A DNA stretch of 40,541 nt from Hyphochytrium catenoides (Eukaryota > Protista > Hyphochytriomycota), in assembly GCA_900088475.1 (NCBI GenBank), contig FLMG01001529.1, positions 1 through 40,541 on the forward strand. Reading direction: 5' to 3'. Every line of letters begins with the position of its first letter. The stretch's first letter is position 1. Below, piece by piece: positions 1 to 13,044 of the stretch. Position numbers and translations under genes: made by a program. Under the pieces are notes generated by a model that was not told the DNA's origin, made no database searches, and was given only the letters and a program-made list of their open reading frames with translations.

Positions 1-1084
1 TTGGAGCATCTATACTCGAGAAGAGTATGCGGGGCCGGCATCGCACTGCGGCAGGGTACTCAGAGAGAGAAGCAACAGAGAAAAGACTGATGGTGGTGAG
101 GGGAGATCAAAGAGAGATAGAGGCCGATTAGCATGACGACTGACCCTCATCTCCTCTTATTAATTCATTATCGTGGGCAGCTCACAGCGGCATGCTACCT
201 GGATGTTCATGACTCTTCTTTCCCGTATAGAGGAGGCTCCAAAACAAAAAGACAAGCTATCACAAGCGGGGGAAGGGAGCTTTTGACAACACCAGCAGGA
301 AGTTAGAGAATGTATTGAAGACACTGGGTCTTCTGTCTTCCGCTTGTTCCTATGAGCCTTATCTTCTCATCAAAGTAGGGAACGTATGATGCCAAGATGC
401 TCTCCGGACATTGCCAGAATACTCCGCTCCGGCTTTCACAATGTTGAAAAGATTTGCTGCGGTTGTCACTAACGTGGGCTGCGGCTGCCCTTGGACCAAC
501 AGACAACGCTAATAGATCCTCGGTGAAGGCGAAACCTTGAGATGGCCCACTAGCGGAAACCCTTCAGCTCCACCCTAATCCCTCTCCCACCTAGCCATGT
601 TTCATCCTTGATCAACCGTCTCTTGTTCAGACTACATCTTCGTTTTCTCAGTCAGTCCTTCAGCGACGGTTCTAGGGAAGGCAAAAGATAAAGGTGCCTA
701 CGGCTCAGACGATAGCTAACTCTACCTCTAACTCTCTACCAGATCTACCCGTCTTGGTAAGAGATGGCTCTTCCTAAGGTTTAGCTAAGCTTTCTGGTCG
801 GCCACTCGAGGGACAAAGCCTCCCCACTAGTGGGCGATAAACACGCAGGTTACAACCGCAAGCGACAGTGAAGAAGGGTTATTTTCTCGCCTTTCTTTCT
901 CCAAGGGACTTTTCCTTCTGCGTCATATTTAAGAGATCCCAGCGCTTGGAAAGGGATGGCATGACGAGTGCACACAGGGCAGATTTGTCTCATGCTATCG
1001 CTCATGTAAACTTCTCAGCCACTGTTGGGTTCCCCAAGAGGGTCTGACCCAATGTGATCGAACGGTGAATGATAACTCTAGCAC

Positions 1085-1149
1085 AGCTTTGCTTGTCTCT
1101 CATCCTAACTGTCGGCGTCCGTATCGAGTGATGAGAGACAAGCAAAGCT
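1085..1149. repeat. Perfect 20-bp inverted repeat with 25-nt loop
   Basis: agctttgcttgtctctcatc (1085-1104) is the exact reverse complement of gatgagagacaagcaaagct (1130-1149). Confidence 0.95.
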
Positions 1150-1653
1150 ACTCAGCTTAGCACCTCATCAGAGCGGTAGCGCCGCCAACCCGCAATGAGT
1201 AAGAAGAGAACATGCGCAATGGTATGGCAAGCCGCAGCCGCCTCCCTGACTGTAGCCGCACCCTCTTCTGTTTATTTGCCGTGCCGTGGGTCGCGTCTAG
1301 TCGCATATGTGGCACTATGCCCAAGCCACCTGGCAAAATCAGGTAAGCTTCCCATCTTAGCTCTCTTCTTCTTAGAAAGTAGCCCTCACATCCGCACAGG
1401 CGGCAATTGCTAGGTCTCCTCATCTGCCTGGTCGGAAACATTTAGTCAGGGTACCAATCCCACTACTAATCAAACAAAAAAATATTGGTGCTCAGCGTCG
1501 TCAAGCAGAGAGAGCTATGAGCATCGGTACCACAACCTTGAAAGCTTGGCCTGCTGTCTGGCCATACAGCGACTGACTACCCTGCAATGCTTTTCGTCAG
1601 CAAGTGGCAATCAGGACACGAAGCCAAATGTCACAGCCAGTAAAAGCGATTGG

Positions 1654-1682
1654 NNNNNNNNNNNNNNNNNNNNNNNNNNNNN
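1654..1682. other. Assembly gap (29 N)
   Basis: Run of N in the sequence. Confidence 1.
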
Positions 1683-2819
1683 CAAGCAGTCGTGGCCAAT
1701 GCTCGAAGGATAGTAGAGCTAGGTTACCTACTCCCCGAATTCGAGGCCGTATCTCCTGCGATACGCAGCAAGAGAGCTAAGCTGCTAAGAGTCCGCAACC
1801 CTAAATTTACCGGGCCAGACAGAGAGCCCCAGGCAGTAAGCACCGACGGCTAGCTCCATACCCTTCAGGCTAAATCCACTGTGGAGGGGCCGCCAACGTT
1901 TGCCTCGCATCTCTGCTTTCAGAAGGCCGAGAGGAGGGCGCCGGCTAGGGTCGATTTCTTCATCCAAGAAAGAGCAGGACAAGTTCAACCGCCTAAAGTC
2001 GTGGGCAGAAGCCTCCATTACCCAATCGCCGGTGTCGGCCATGTCTTTGGTGATCAGGGACGTGATTAGCGGAATACCACCTTCAACAACACGTTCGAGG
2101 AAGGGGAGGAGACAGGCGAAAGCCTGGCCCTTGCGGGTCGCGCGGAGTAATATTCAAGTCAAGGGCAGAGTGTTTTGGGATAAGTGATCGACCTGCTTAC
2201 CCTCGCCCACGATTCTTCACCTTTCTCCTCCCAGTAGAGGCTTCAAAGCAGGAGAAAGCGACGCTGCAGTAGATAGACGGCTCGAAGATAAATCAACGCC
2301 AGCCTCAAGCCTCGCTTCACAGATCGGCAGGCACTCCCATTGTCAGCACTTGAGGCCGTAGAGAGCAGAGATTGCCATCCGACAGCTGTGGGCGACAGTG
2401 CCGCTTGTAACAAAAGCCATAGATTTAATATTATAGTTTCTCGTAGTTCCTTGGAATGGACACTACTGTCCCAGTAGATAGGCAGGCCTTGTCGCGGAGG
2501 AGCTCTGGGGCTGGCTGGGTCCGCGATAGTCCACAGGTCGTGTCAATGTCAGACCAACAGAGAGGCAAGCCACACGATGATTCTTGAGGATCCGCTGTAA
2601 CTCTATTGCCATTGTGTCGCGGCAGCAAAGGAGACTCTGCCCGCTTCATCAAGCAGTTCATGCCTTAGCATCTGTGTTTTTTTGCACTATCGCCTTGGCC
2701 CTTTGGCTTCACTCTCCCAGAGTCTTATAAGAAGAGGGGCTCTTCTAACTCTAGAGCTCCGTGGGCGCGCCGTGGTGTACACCGGGAACGACAGTACAAT
2801 TGAATCTTTCTAAGGTAGA

Positions 2820-5496
2820 ATGCCGGTCATAGCAGTCAACCGTGACGCTCTGTACAAGGCCTTGGGAAAGGTCTACACCGAGGAGGAATTTGATGATCTC
2901 TGCTTCCAATATGGCATCGAGCTGGTATGTCCTACTGACTATAGACATAACGCTGTCTCCTAAAAGCTTCGTACCTTGTGCAACCAGGATGAGGTCACGT
3001 CAGAAAAGCAGATGGCAAGAAAGGCCGATAAGGAGAGCTCCACCGCCTCAGATGATGTTATATTCAAAATAGATATCCCAGCCAATCGCTATGATCTCCT
3101 CTGCCTGGAGGGCCTGGCGCGGGCACTCAGGATATTTCTAGGACTAGAAGCCAACCCAGTAGGTTGATTCTCTGTGAACTCGGAAGTCGGCGTTTGATGG
3201 CTAACCTTGTCCTCCCGAAGGTGTATAAAGTTCTTAAGCCGGCTAGCGGAAAGCTGCAGATAATGAATGTGAAACCATCTACGAAGGTACCATTCGGTGG
3301 ATGGTGGTTGCTCTAACTTTAAAGCTTATATGTTTGCTCTCCTCAGCAAATCAGGCCCTACGTCGTAGCTGCCATCCTTCGTAATCTGTCGCTGGACCAT
3401 CTTTCATACAACAGGTAAGAGTAATGATACTCTTGACAGACACCGAGCACAGGTGTGTCTGACCATCCCTCTTCTTGAGACAGCTTCCTTGACCTTCAGG
3501 ACAAGCTCCATCAGAATATTTGTAGGCGGCGGACGCTGGTAGCGATCGGAACTCATGACATGGACACTCTGGAGGGTCCCTTCACGTATGATGTAAGAGA
3601 TATAAATATTAGGGCTTGGAGTAGCTGTAAAGTGGTCTGGTGTACTTACCATAATCGACAGGCCAAGCCTCCAAAAGACATCTCTTTTGTGCCTCTGAAC
3701 CAGTCGAAGAAAATGACAGCAGCGGAGCTTATGGAGTTTTTGAGGACTGACCCCGAACAAAAACACTTAAAGCCATACACGGACATCATTTACAGTTCGC
3801 CAGTCTATCCGGTGCGTTATGACAGACAACAAGGTCTCGAGTATCTCATCCCATGACCATTCTGACCTGTACTTTGCCGCCCTCTGAAATGGCTGTTAAA
3901 ATAACCAGGTGATCACTGATAAGAACGGGGTAGTTCTATCGCTTCCACCTATTATCAATGGGGACCATTCAAAGGTGCGTTAGAGCCCAAGGAGACAATT
4001 TTTATGCGTCTCGTATAATGAACACTCTCGCACTATCGTAGATTTCGAAGAGCACCAAGAATTGCTTCATTGAATGCACCGCGACCGACCTGACCAAAGC
4101 GAAGATTGTATTAAACACCTTGGTAAGGGGCCGTGCACTTGGCTACTACGTCGTTATCTCTTCGATCTATCGTTTTTGCCTTAAGGACCTTATTAGGTAT
4201 ACTTCAAGCTGACTCCTGACTCCTCCTAAGGTGGCGATGTTCTCTCAATATTGCCATAATCCATTCGAAGTGGAGCCCGTTCAGATTCAGTATCACGATG
4301 GACAATCAGCCGTGGTACCTGACCTTTCAGACAGACAGGTACGATGCCATATTAGGATAGGTTATCTGTAGGTGGTGTAAGGCCAGTCCTGACTGACCTC
4401 ATCTTAGGCGGAAGCGTCTGTGAAAAGAACTCAAACCATCGTCGGAGTACCACTTTCTCCCTCCCGCATTGTAGAGTTGTGCAAGAAAATGCAGTTGAAT
4501 GCCTCCAATTCCAAGGGGTCTGATAAGGTATCGGTCAAGGTGAGTAGAGGTTGCTTCTCTATCATTTGGGAACCGAGAGCTTAGCTGCTTTCACTCGCTC
4601 AGGTTCCCCCTACGCGCTCGGATATACTGCAGGAGGTTGATATCATCGAAGATGTTGCCATAGCGTACGGGTATAACAACATCCCTAGGCGTGTCGCCCC
4701 AACATTGGCTGTTGCTGCCCCAGAACCCACAAACCTATTGACGGACTTGCTGCGAATGGAGATATCTCGTGCAGGATACACAGAAGTTCTGACTCATGGA
4801 ATGTGCTCCGCAGCTGAGAACTTCACCTACCTTCGCGAGAGGGATGACGGCAAGACAGCTGTCGTTCTCTCTAATCCAGCGACCGTGGAGTTCGAAGTGG
4901 TTAGAACAACCCTACTTCCAGGCATTCTCAAAACTCTGCAGCACAACAAGTCTATTCCTATGAAGGACGGAGTCAAGCTATTTGAGATTTCAGACGTAGT
5001 GGTTCTAGATTCAAGGTAATCAAGTCATACTTAACCCCGGATAGGGTCAGGTTGGTCTGACGTGGCTTCACGCTCTTAGCTCTGACACAGGAGCAAGGAA
5101 CATCCGGAAAATCGCCGCAATATATAGCGGTCCTACGGCTGGCTTTGAGATCATTCACGGTCTAGTAGACAGGATTATGGAATGTTTAGAGATCTCATCG
5201 ACCTTGCCTGATGTGGAGCCCCTCATCTACGGCAAGGGCCACAAGTACCGGATAGAGCCCTCGTCCGGTACGAACAGTGATTTATGTGCAATCCGCAGTA
5301 CGTGAAGCTAACCAATAGTGTCCTCTCAGCACCGGTCTACTTCCCTGGGAGGTCAGCAGATGTGATCTTTATTTCGAACAAGGGTGAAGAGACGAAGGCA
5401 GGCTCTTTTGGAATTATCCATCCAGAGGTCCTGGAGAACTTTGAACTCACGTATCCTGCGTCCGCCGTAGAGCTCAATCTTGAGGTGTTCATTTGA
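2820..5496 (+). CDS. FARSB: Phenylalanyl-tRNA synthetase beta subunit (cytosolic), ~13 exons
   Basis: The spliced translation begins [35 protein letters not shown] and contains the family motifs [100 protein letters not shown] and [15 protein letters not shown] traced about 12 GT-AG introns by eye. Confidence 0.97.
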
Positions 5497-6075
5497 GAGG
5501 ATGGCAAGTCTTCTCTAGAACGAAGGCAGGGAAACTTGGAAAGGGTTCAGGCAGGAGACACAGTTGGCGATTAGCGTCTACCGTCATCTCAACTTGCTGA
5601 TGCATGTACAATGCATAAGCACCTATAGCTTTCTCTACTTGAGGCTCCTGCTAAGACGTGATCTCTAATGGATTACGACCTCTTTCAGACATTGAAGTCC
5701 ACAAACGCCATATACTGTGACTCGGATGGAGCAACTAGGAACGGCCTCTTGGTCGGGCTACTATTGTCTAAAGATTGGGGTGCCGGAGTTACAGCGATAT
5801 ATCATGATGAAGCCCCATGGTTAGGGTGTTGAAGGGAATGTATTACTTTGATATCTAGATGGAAAAAAATATCTAAGAGCAAGCACGCAACTGATGCGGC
5901 CTTGGAGGCAAAAGGGTCATGGCGTAAGTCCGAAAGCCCCATCATAAATATCGGAAATGTAAACGCGCGCACGTAAGGTTGTAGTACGAAGCGCTGCCCA
6001 CAATCAAAACTGCTTTGGCTTCAGCGGGGCCGCTCGAAGCATAAATAGTGAAAAATACGTATGCTGGGGAAGGGC

Positions 6076-6432
6076 CTAAGCTGATGGCGCAGCAACTAAG
6101 GAGCGCATCCGGGAGAGATCCGTAGGAAGAAAAGGCCGTGTTGATGCACTTGGGGCGGGGGCCTGTGTTCGTGCCTTCTTGAAAGGACCTGAGCTCTGAT
6201 TCTCGACATTCTCGCTGGACTCCCTGTCACGCTTCTTCAGAGACGATGCGTCCTTCAAGTCCTCCTCTTCCAATGAGTGAACCCCAGTTTCCTTCACTTC
6301 ATCTGCAATCACCTCAGGAATCTTATCGTCCTCCAGAAGGCAAAGCAGGTAGTCCAGCCATTCAGTGTTTGCAGTTGGGTCTAGAGCTGGTAGAGTCGTG
6401 ATGATCTCCATATCGGTACTATACCTGCACAT
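6076..6432 (-). CDS. Putative small single-exon protein (111-118 aa) with an acidic helical N-terminal motif and an NLS-like basic segment
   Basis: ATG-initiated ORF (alternative ATG at 6411) with protein-like composition: EWLDYLLCLLEDD, an acidic tract, then KKRDRE...PFKKAR. No family recognised. Confidence 0.45.
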   Translation of the reverse strand: MCRYSTDMEIITTLPALDPTANTEWLDYLLCLLEDDKIPEVIADEVKETGVHSLEEEDLKDASSLKKRDRESSENVENQSSGPFKKARTQAPAPSASTRPFLPTDLSRMRSLVAAPSA

Positions 6433-9400
6433 CTAAGGATGTCGCGCTAGGTAATGCTCTGGGGCAGATTGGTGCGCGATGTTGCCTAGTACGAAGCGTC
6501 TCTTTATGTTCGGTCTCTGGTGCGGTATGTTGAAATTCGAGAACTGAAAGTACCCGGCTGGTTTGTAGAAGGCTGAGGGATCAGCAAGCAGGAGGCAGCT
6601 GTAGAACTCCAGAAATGATCCTGTGATATGACGGTGTCGGTCTCCTTTGGGAGTTGCCAATATGACGGTGGCGCCTGGCCCACGGCTCCTGCTTAGCGAC
6701 TCAAAAAAAACGCCAGACTACTGCTGCTCTTGTTAGTGCATCTAGAGTTCTATTACCTCTTACAGTCTTATGTCTATCGTCAGCAAAAAGTGTAGAACAC
6801 CCGCGGATGATGGCTCTGGCCATCATTGTAGCTCATAACCCAGGAGGCTGATGGCTCGTTGAATGACCGGTTCCCCAACTTGCACTTGTTTCACCTGACA
6901 CCATGAAGAGACCAGGTATGCTCTACCGTGTCCCTACGCCTCATCGACACGTATCTCCTACAGGATGGTTGTGATGAGGGCGTGAGGGCAGAATAAGGTG
7001 GTCGGTTCAGCCCTATCCTACTGGCAAGACGCGTAGGCTCCCTAATCGATGGACACAAAGGAGGAGATGGGCTGGACGAGAGCGGGAGAAGAAAGACCAG
7101 TTTCTTTTCTCTTCTCTTCTGCCACGTTCCGCCTTTCCCTTCGCTCAAGCTTCCAAAACCGCCTCCTTCTTTCCCGTCCCCTCACTGGCTTGGAAGAAGG
7201 AAGAGAAGGAAACAGAAGCGAAGCACAGAAAGAAGGGAACCCGCAGACACTGGCTCATGGCAAGAGGTCCAAATAAAAGTAGGACAGCTGTCTTCCAAGG
7301 TTTGAACCTCAAGAATGACGGGAAGATGCCAAACCTCAGAATGAGAGATGGAGAGACGGTGTCCATGTAACCACTTCGGACGGGAGCAGGTTTGATTGCA
7401 ACCACCCACCCCAACCCAAGAAACAGCAGAAAGAATGCGTATCAGGTCTCAGACGGAAGTCCCACCCGCACTTTCTGTACAACGCGAACCATAGAAGGAT
7501 GCGTCAGAAGAATGAGAAGTCACCTTGGGTGGGGGCGGATAGACCTGATTGATAGAAAGATAAAAGGATAATAACCGGTGGTCTTAGTGTTTCCCTACGT
7601 TAGCAGACGGCTTACACACACACTTGTTATCCCCATTGCTCGTCTTATACACAACAGAAAATAAGGTTGAGATCCTAGTTCCGTAGAACTGGAACGAGCT
7701 CGCGTTTCTCCGGCCCTTCCTTCTTTATTCTCCTGTCGCGCCGCCTCCTGCAAACAGCGCGACCTTGCTCTGAGACCAGGGAAGAGGCGAAAGAAACCCT
7801 CAAGTTCCTTTTCTCATAAAGGGCTGTCGCCATCAGTCCTCTTTGAGTTCGTTGCTCGTGTCCAGGCAGTAACGGATAGTCTCAGTTGATGCCGTCACTA
7901 TTGATGGAGAGGGGCAGGTCATCCAATAGAACCACGTGGAACTCAAGATAATTTCTGCTATGACCCTTTAGATAGAACTAATCCATAACATTTTTATAGA
8001 AGCTTCCCGTGTTTTAGCCCGACTCTTCCCCATGTCCACTCCATATCCTTGGTCCACATTCACCAGGGTTAGGAGAACAGTCTTCTTTGTTGACCCTGCG
8101 GTCGTTTGTTCTTGTCCTCCTTCTTTCTCAGCTGCTTCTATTACGGCCTTTTATAAACAGCAATCTCCTAATCAACTGAAGGAAAGATCTTTCCTACCTG
8201 ATAGGGTTGCTAACTAGTAGTGATTGTGAATGTCCAAGCAAGAGATGGCTGGAAGGGCTGATCTATTTTATGGTCGTTCTACCTTTTGTCCCTCCATTGT
8301 CAATGTGATGAGGTCAGTAAGGTCTGAGCTTTGTACTTGTTACTAATTGGTCCTCTAGTGTCGTAAGTACCAGTTGTCCAGTATGTTCCCTTTCCTCGAG
8401 ATTGGTCGCAGCATCACGCTGCACAAGATCTGGCTTTTTTTTGCCACGTACTGTTTCAATAAGAGGCAAGAAGGATCAGTGGAACCTCCTTGCGAAGCAT
8501 TCTGCTACAGCTCTCTACCTTCATTACTTGCTATACTGTACTATGAACAGGTCAGCGCCTCCTCCTCCTTTCTTCAAGTGGTTGGAAAGGTTGTGAGGGT
8601 CGTCCATCTTGCTGTGGGGTCCTGTGGTTGTGGAGTTCGAGCCTCACGGCCTTGTACATGTACTCAAGGCCCGAGGCCTTGATTGTGTTTCTTACTATAA
8701 ATGCACCCCGGCCCTGTGAAGAACTGGCGCATGGGCTCAAGCCTCAAGCACCTCACCATATAAGGCCAGGGAGTAACGCTGAGAAAAGTTACAGACACAT
8801 GCTTTGCAACTGCACCCTCTGCAGACCGGGATGGAGATGGGAAGTAACTGTTGGTCCATAATAACTATATAGTACATCCCTTCCTTATCCCTTCTTTGGA
8901 TAAAGCTCGATTAACGACTTGGTTGATTTTGAGGGTTTGTGCTTGATTCTTGTCATATTCTCTTAGTCACTTTTCATACGTTCTGATGTCTTCTACCTTG
9001 TGCTTCACTAAATTGGGATTTTTGTGTTGTCCTATAATAAGCCTAAATAATGACAAACCAATTGAATTTTTGAAAAAAAAAATATTCTCTCCGTACATCT
9101 AGGGAGAACCTGTAAGTTTTTCTGCAGCAAGAACACGGTCTCTGTTGCGATGGCGCCCGTTGCTGCGAGGTAATGAGAGGCTGGAAACTTATGCTTCACA
9201 CGGCCTGAATGAGCTGGAGGACTTTCCATGAAGGTGTCGGCTAGACTGAAGTGTACCACAGCAGAATTACCACAGTTTCTCTTAAGCATCTTAGACCGAT
9301 CAAAGGTCTACATCCACAATGGTCGTCTTGGTGCATTTGGTTAGAGTGAGAAAGTACAGGTAAGACAGTAAAGGCCGGGGAGAGAAGATGTTTGGGTGCC

Positions 9401-12400
9401 AAACTGGAAACGACTTCCGAGTTGCATCTTTGATTGGCTGAGGCCATGACTACCTTTCAGCCTTCCGTTGTTTGGCCAATCGCTGGTTGCGAGTCCAGTT
9501 CATTTTTCCACGTTGGAGCCTTTCTGGCGCTGACACTGGCGTGAGCTGGGAAAGGACATTCGCACCCTCGATCCTTTTCCGGATACTCTCATTGACGGTC
9601 AGCCCAAAACGGCGAACGTTTCGCCATCTAACCAATAATTTCGCTCGCTAGTGATGTTATGGTAGACGGAATCTTTCATTTGAGCTAGAAAGTATCAGCA
9701 CTTTGGGCGCTTTATTGAGAGCAGGTGCAGGAAGGAAAAAGACCTGAATCTGTACTTGTAGTTCCACAGAGGCATCAAGAGACCGAATCTCCGTTTCACT
9801 TTTCGGTCTTCTCTATTCAGAACTCGGAAGTACTGATAAACCCTTCTCTCGACCCCGTTCTACTGAGACATTCGGGTAGTCGGCCACAGCCCAGCTTGGC
9901 AATGAAGCTTTATTTATGTTTCAAGATGTATCAAAGCCTCCTATTTCCTCTTTGTTTTTGCTGCCAGGGCCTCTGCAGGAATAAGATCTTACCCAGGCCT
10001 CATGCGAAACTTCTATGGTGGCAGCTGTAACTGAATGTGGTTCATGGAGCTGTTCATGGTCTCCTTTCGCCATTATTTTCCAAATAAGCAGGAAATCTTC
10101 CGTTTTCTTCAGACTTTTCCTCAGATTTTGTCGGGAATTTGGTTTAGACTATGGCTTTGGCTCGAAAGAACACAGCCTTGGAATTCTCTTCATCTTTTTG
10201 AACGGACATCATCAAGCGACCCTGAATGTTCCAACTAATAATAAGGTTATTTACAAGAAATAAAGTGCGCAGCAAAGATCCTTTACTTAGCCCTTATTAC
10301 TGTCCTTCGCAGTTTGATGGTAGCATGGTGTAGCCAAGGCGATAGTCCTATGTTTCTAGGAAGAAGTCCTAGATTTCAGGCTGATTTCACGCTTGATTTT
10401 TCCGGTAGAGGGGCCTTGCGCTCTGATGACGGCTCTCAAAAGGATAGAAAGGGAGTGTCAGATCTGGCAACAAGCCCTTCAGCCTCAACTTTTAGTGTTT
10501 GTGGGGAGGAGACTCATTTCTTGTTGCCTATGAGCCTTGTACAGTACAAGTAATGGTTTCAGGACTCAAGGCCAAGGACATGTTGTTTGCGTGATGTGTG
10601 ATGAAAGGGTTTCGGGCATTTTGGTACTTGTAGCATGTTCTGGAAGACTGCTTGTCGCTGTAACTGATTTGAACCTCTAGAAATAGAGGCTAAAGGTCTC
10701 CAGAAAACGGCAACAAAGGACGTGGCCGACCCGCCAAATCCTGCCCACATGTAGAACTACATGTAACACAAGGAGAATCTAACCCTAAGCAGGAGGTGCA
10801 TGGTACAAGTACTACTAGCTTAGCGCCAAAAAAGGGCAAAAATTAGCTAACTTGTCCATACATTCTGACTAACATTTGAACTTCAACCCTCTGTCGTGAC
10901 TGTGACCCTGCAAAACTCTCAACACAGTGCCTTTGCGTCGGACAGCGACAGCCTCTCTCTAGACCTACTTTGTCAGGAGCAGTAGCGGCACAGATTTTGA
11001 CTGGTTGATTCGCAGAACGGCTTGAGACAGTTGAGTGGGGCAACAACTTGCGTGAAGCGAGCGACGATAATAGTAGGTACACAATAGAGGAAACTTTACA
11101 TGTCTTTGATCATGGTCTTTGATGCTACAGCTTAGAATGAACTAGTTCTACCCCTCTTACAACCTCATTGTTTTAGAGGTGAGATCAGTAAAAGAGAGGT
11201 ACCGTTGTGCTGTGTGGGTAGTGTGGGGCAAAGTTCTTGTTGTCTCTATCACGACAGAAGGAGATTCTACGTCACGCGGTGTTCAGTAGTCGCAGCAAAA
11301 GTGCGTGTTCATTTACGTACTACCATCCGTAGCCAGTTTTCACCTGCGCAAAATCGAGAACAAAGAACTCGCATGTCGCCTTTTCTCAGTCTTCTTCCTT
11401 TATCCACTTATCTTCAGTTTCAAAAGTAGTTCTATGAAAAAAATGACAAATAATAAAGGCTTTGCTTGCAGTATGTTAGCTTGGATGCAAGAGTTTCTTT
11501 GCTCTTCTGGTAGGTTCCTACAGTAAGGTGGTGGTTTACCGATGTGCCTTCTGTAAAGGTGGTCTACCAATCTATCGACGGCCAATCCACTTCCAGTTGA
11601 CACCAACTCAGCGCTGAAGAAAATTCTATTTATTACGAGTACAAGCATAATTAGACTCTGGATCGTCCTTCTTCATGCCGATGGATCTCAGGCCTACCAA
11701 CAGTGAATAAAGGCCTTAATGTGATGCTAGTGACATGCACGGAAGCAGCAGGAATCTTCTGTCATGGGACTCTTCTAATGATATGATTTATCTTGCTTTG
11801 CTAGCTAATTATTGCAGCCACTCGTGGTAAGAGCCTTTTATTATTATAAAAATTAGTTGCCCGGCCCCTTGATGGCATTATTGTGATGAACACTCGTCCG
11901 GATCCTCCGCCCTCTTCTCGGCTTTATCAAAGTCAATCATCACTCTCTGTAACCTTGGTTGGTTGCGCTCTGAAGAGAAAGATTATTGAGGCAGGAATTG
12001 CTCATGGGCGGCGACGATGACCTGGCATATTCTTCCTGACCGCGGCCATGATCTTTCTTTACTCCTGAGGAGCCTCTTGGTGGGGTTGCCTCCGTGGACA
12101 GATCTATCTGTTTTAAAAAATGACCCTTAGTATATGCGACGACAGCCAGTTCTCCAATGTTCTTCTTCATGTCTATGATGAGGTTGCAGGGAACAGAGGA
12201 CCAAACGAGAGCCGCTGTGGTCGTCATCCCATCATCTACATCTCAACGGTAGCCTTAACTCACGAATAAATAAGGGTTCATTGTAGAAGGAGTTTTATGT
12301 GAGGAAGTCGCCTCCAAGACAAAAGTGTTGACCCTGTTGTCCGGTCTGTCCAAGTTATGGGCCATTTATAACGTCAATAGGAAACGTTGGGCTGCAACTA

Positions 12401-13005
12401 ACTACTACTCTCCGGGAGGTTCGGGTTAAAGAGACCAGCAGGTACTACCATGAGCCCTCTTCATCAAGGCACTTAATAAAGGAGGAGTGGTGAGTAGTAG
12501 CTCGATGAGTTTATCAAATACGTGAATAGAAGGCACCACCACCGCTACGTGCAACGGACGCAGTGAGCTTTAATTACTAGGGAGAGTTGTTAGTGTTATT
12601 ATGTCACCACCAGATCATCCTTCGATCTTCGGCGCCCTGATAAACAAATGCATCTACTTGATGATGATGAGTGGCGCTGTGCATCTATGCCATACCAATA
12701 GACTCTCTACAGCTAGATTATACATATAATAATAGTGACTCCAGCAGCGAGGAGCCTGGCGCACCATGATAGAGAGCCTCCTAGTAGCTTAGCGCGCGCA
12801 TGATGATGACTCAACTCCAGCACCACTGCCTCCCTTTAGAGCAGGGGCAGCGGCAGACAACAAGGGGCAGGCTCTCCAAGGGGGCGGTGTCAATGTAACC
12901 TCACTGGAGGAGCATTCACCACCCATATCGCCATCAATAAAAAAACAAAGTGACTATCACTAGTACTTGCTGCGGAGGATAAAGCGCTTTACACCAAACC
13001 GTTTA

Positions 13006-13044
13006 TTCGCAGTGTGCAGATATTTTCTTCGCAGTGTGCAGATA
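13006..13044. repeat. 17-bp exact direct repeat (ttcgcagtgtgcagata x2, period 22)
   Basis: Copies at 13006-13022 and 13028-13044. Confidence 0.9.

Noticed and set aside
303-506. 67-aa minus-strand ORF and other short ORFs at 1157-1441
   Set aside because: No recognisable motif, some have non-ATG starts, and there is no supporting splice structure.
1071-1083. 13-mer gataactctagca shared with 13041-13053
   Set aside because: Several 13-bp matches are expected by chance in 40 kb.
11883-11973. C-box (GTGATGA) and D-box (CTGA) pairs here and at ~10598-10667
   Set aside because: There is no terminal stem and no rRNA-complementary guide I could recognise. Such short motifs arise by chance.
12878-12900. 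AAGGGGGCGG followed by TGTCA, resembling a PPT and 3' LTR start
   Set aside because: I found no second LTR copy, PBS or gag/pol remnant in the window.
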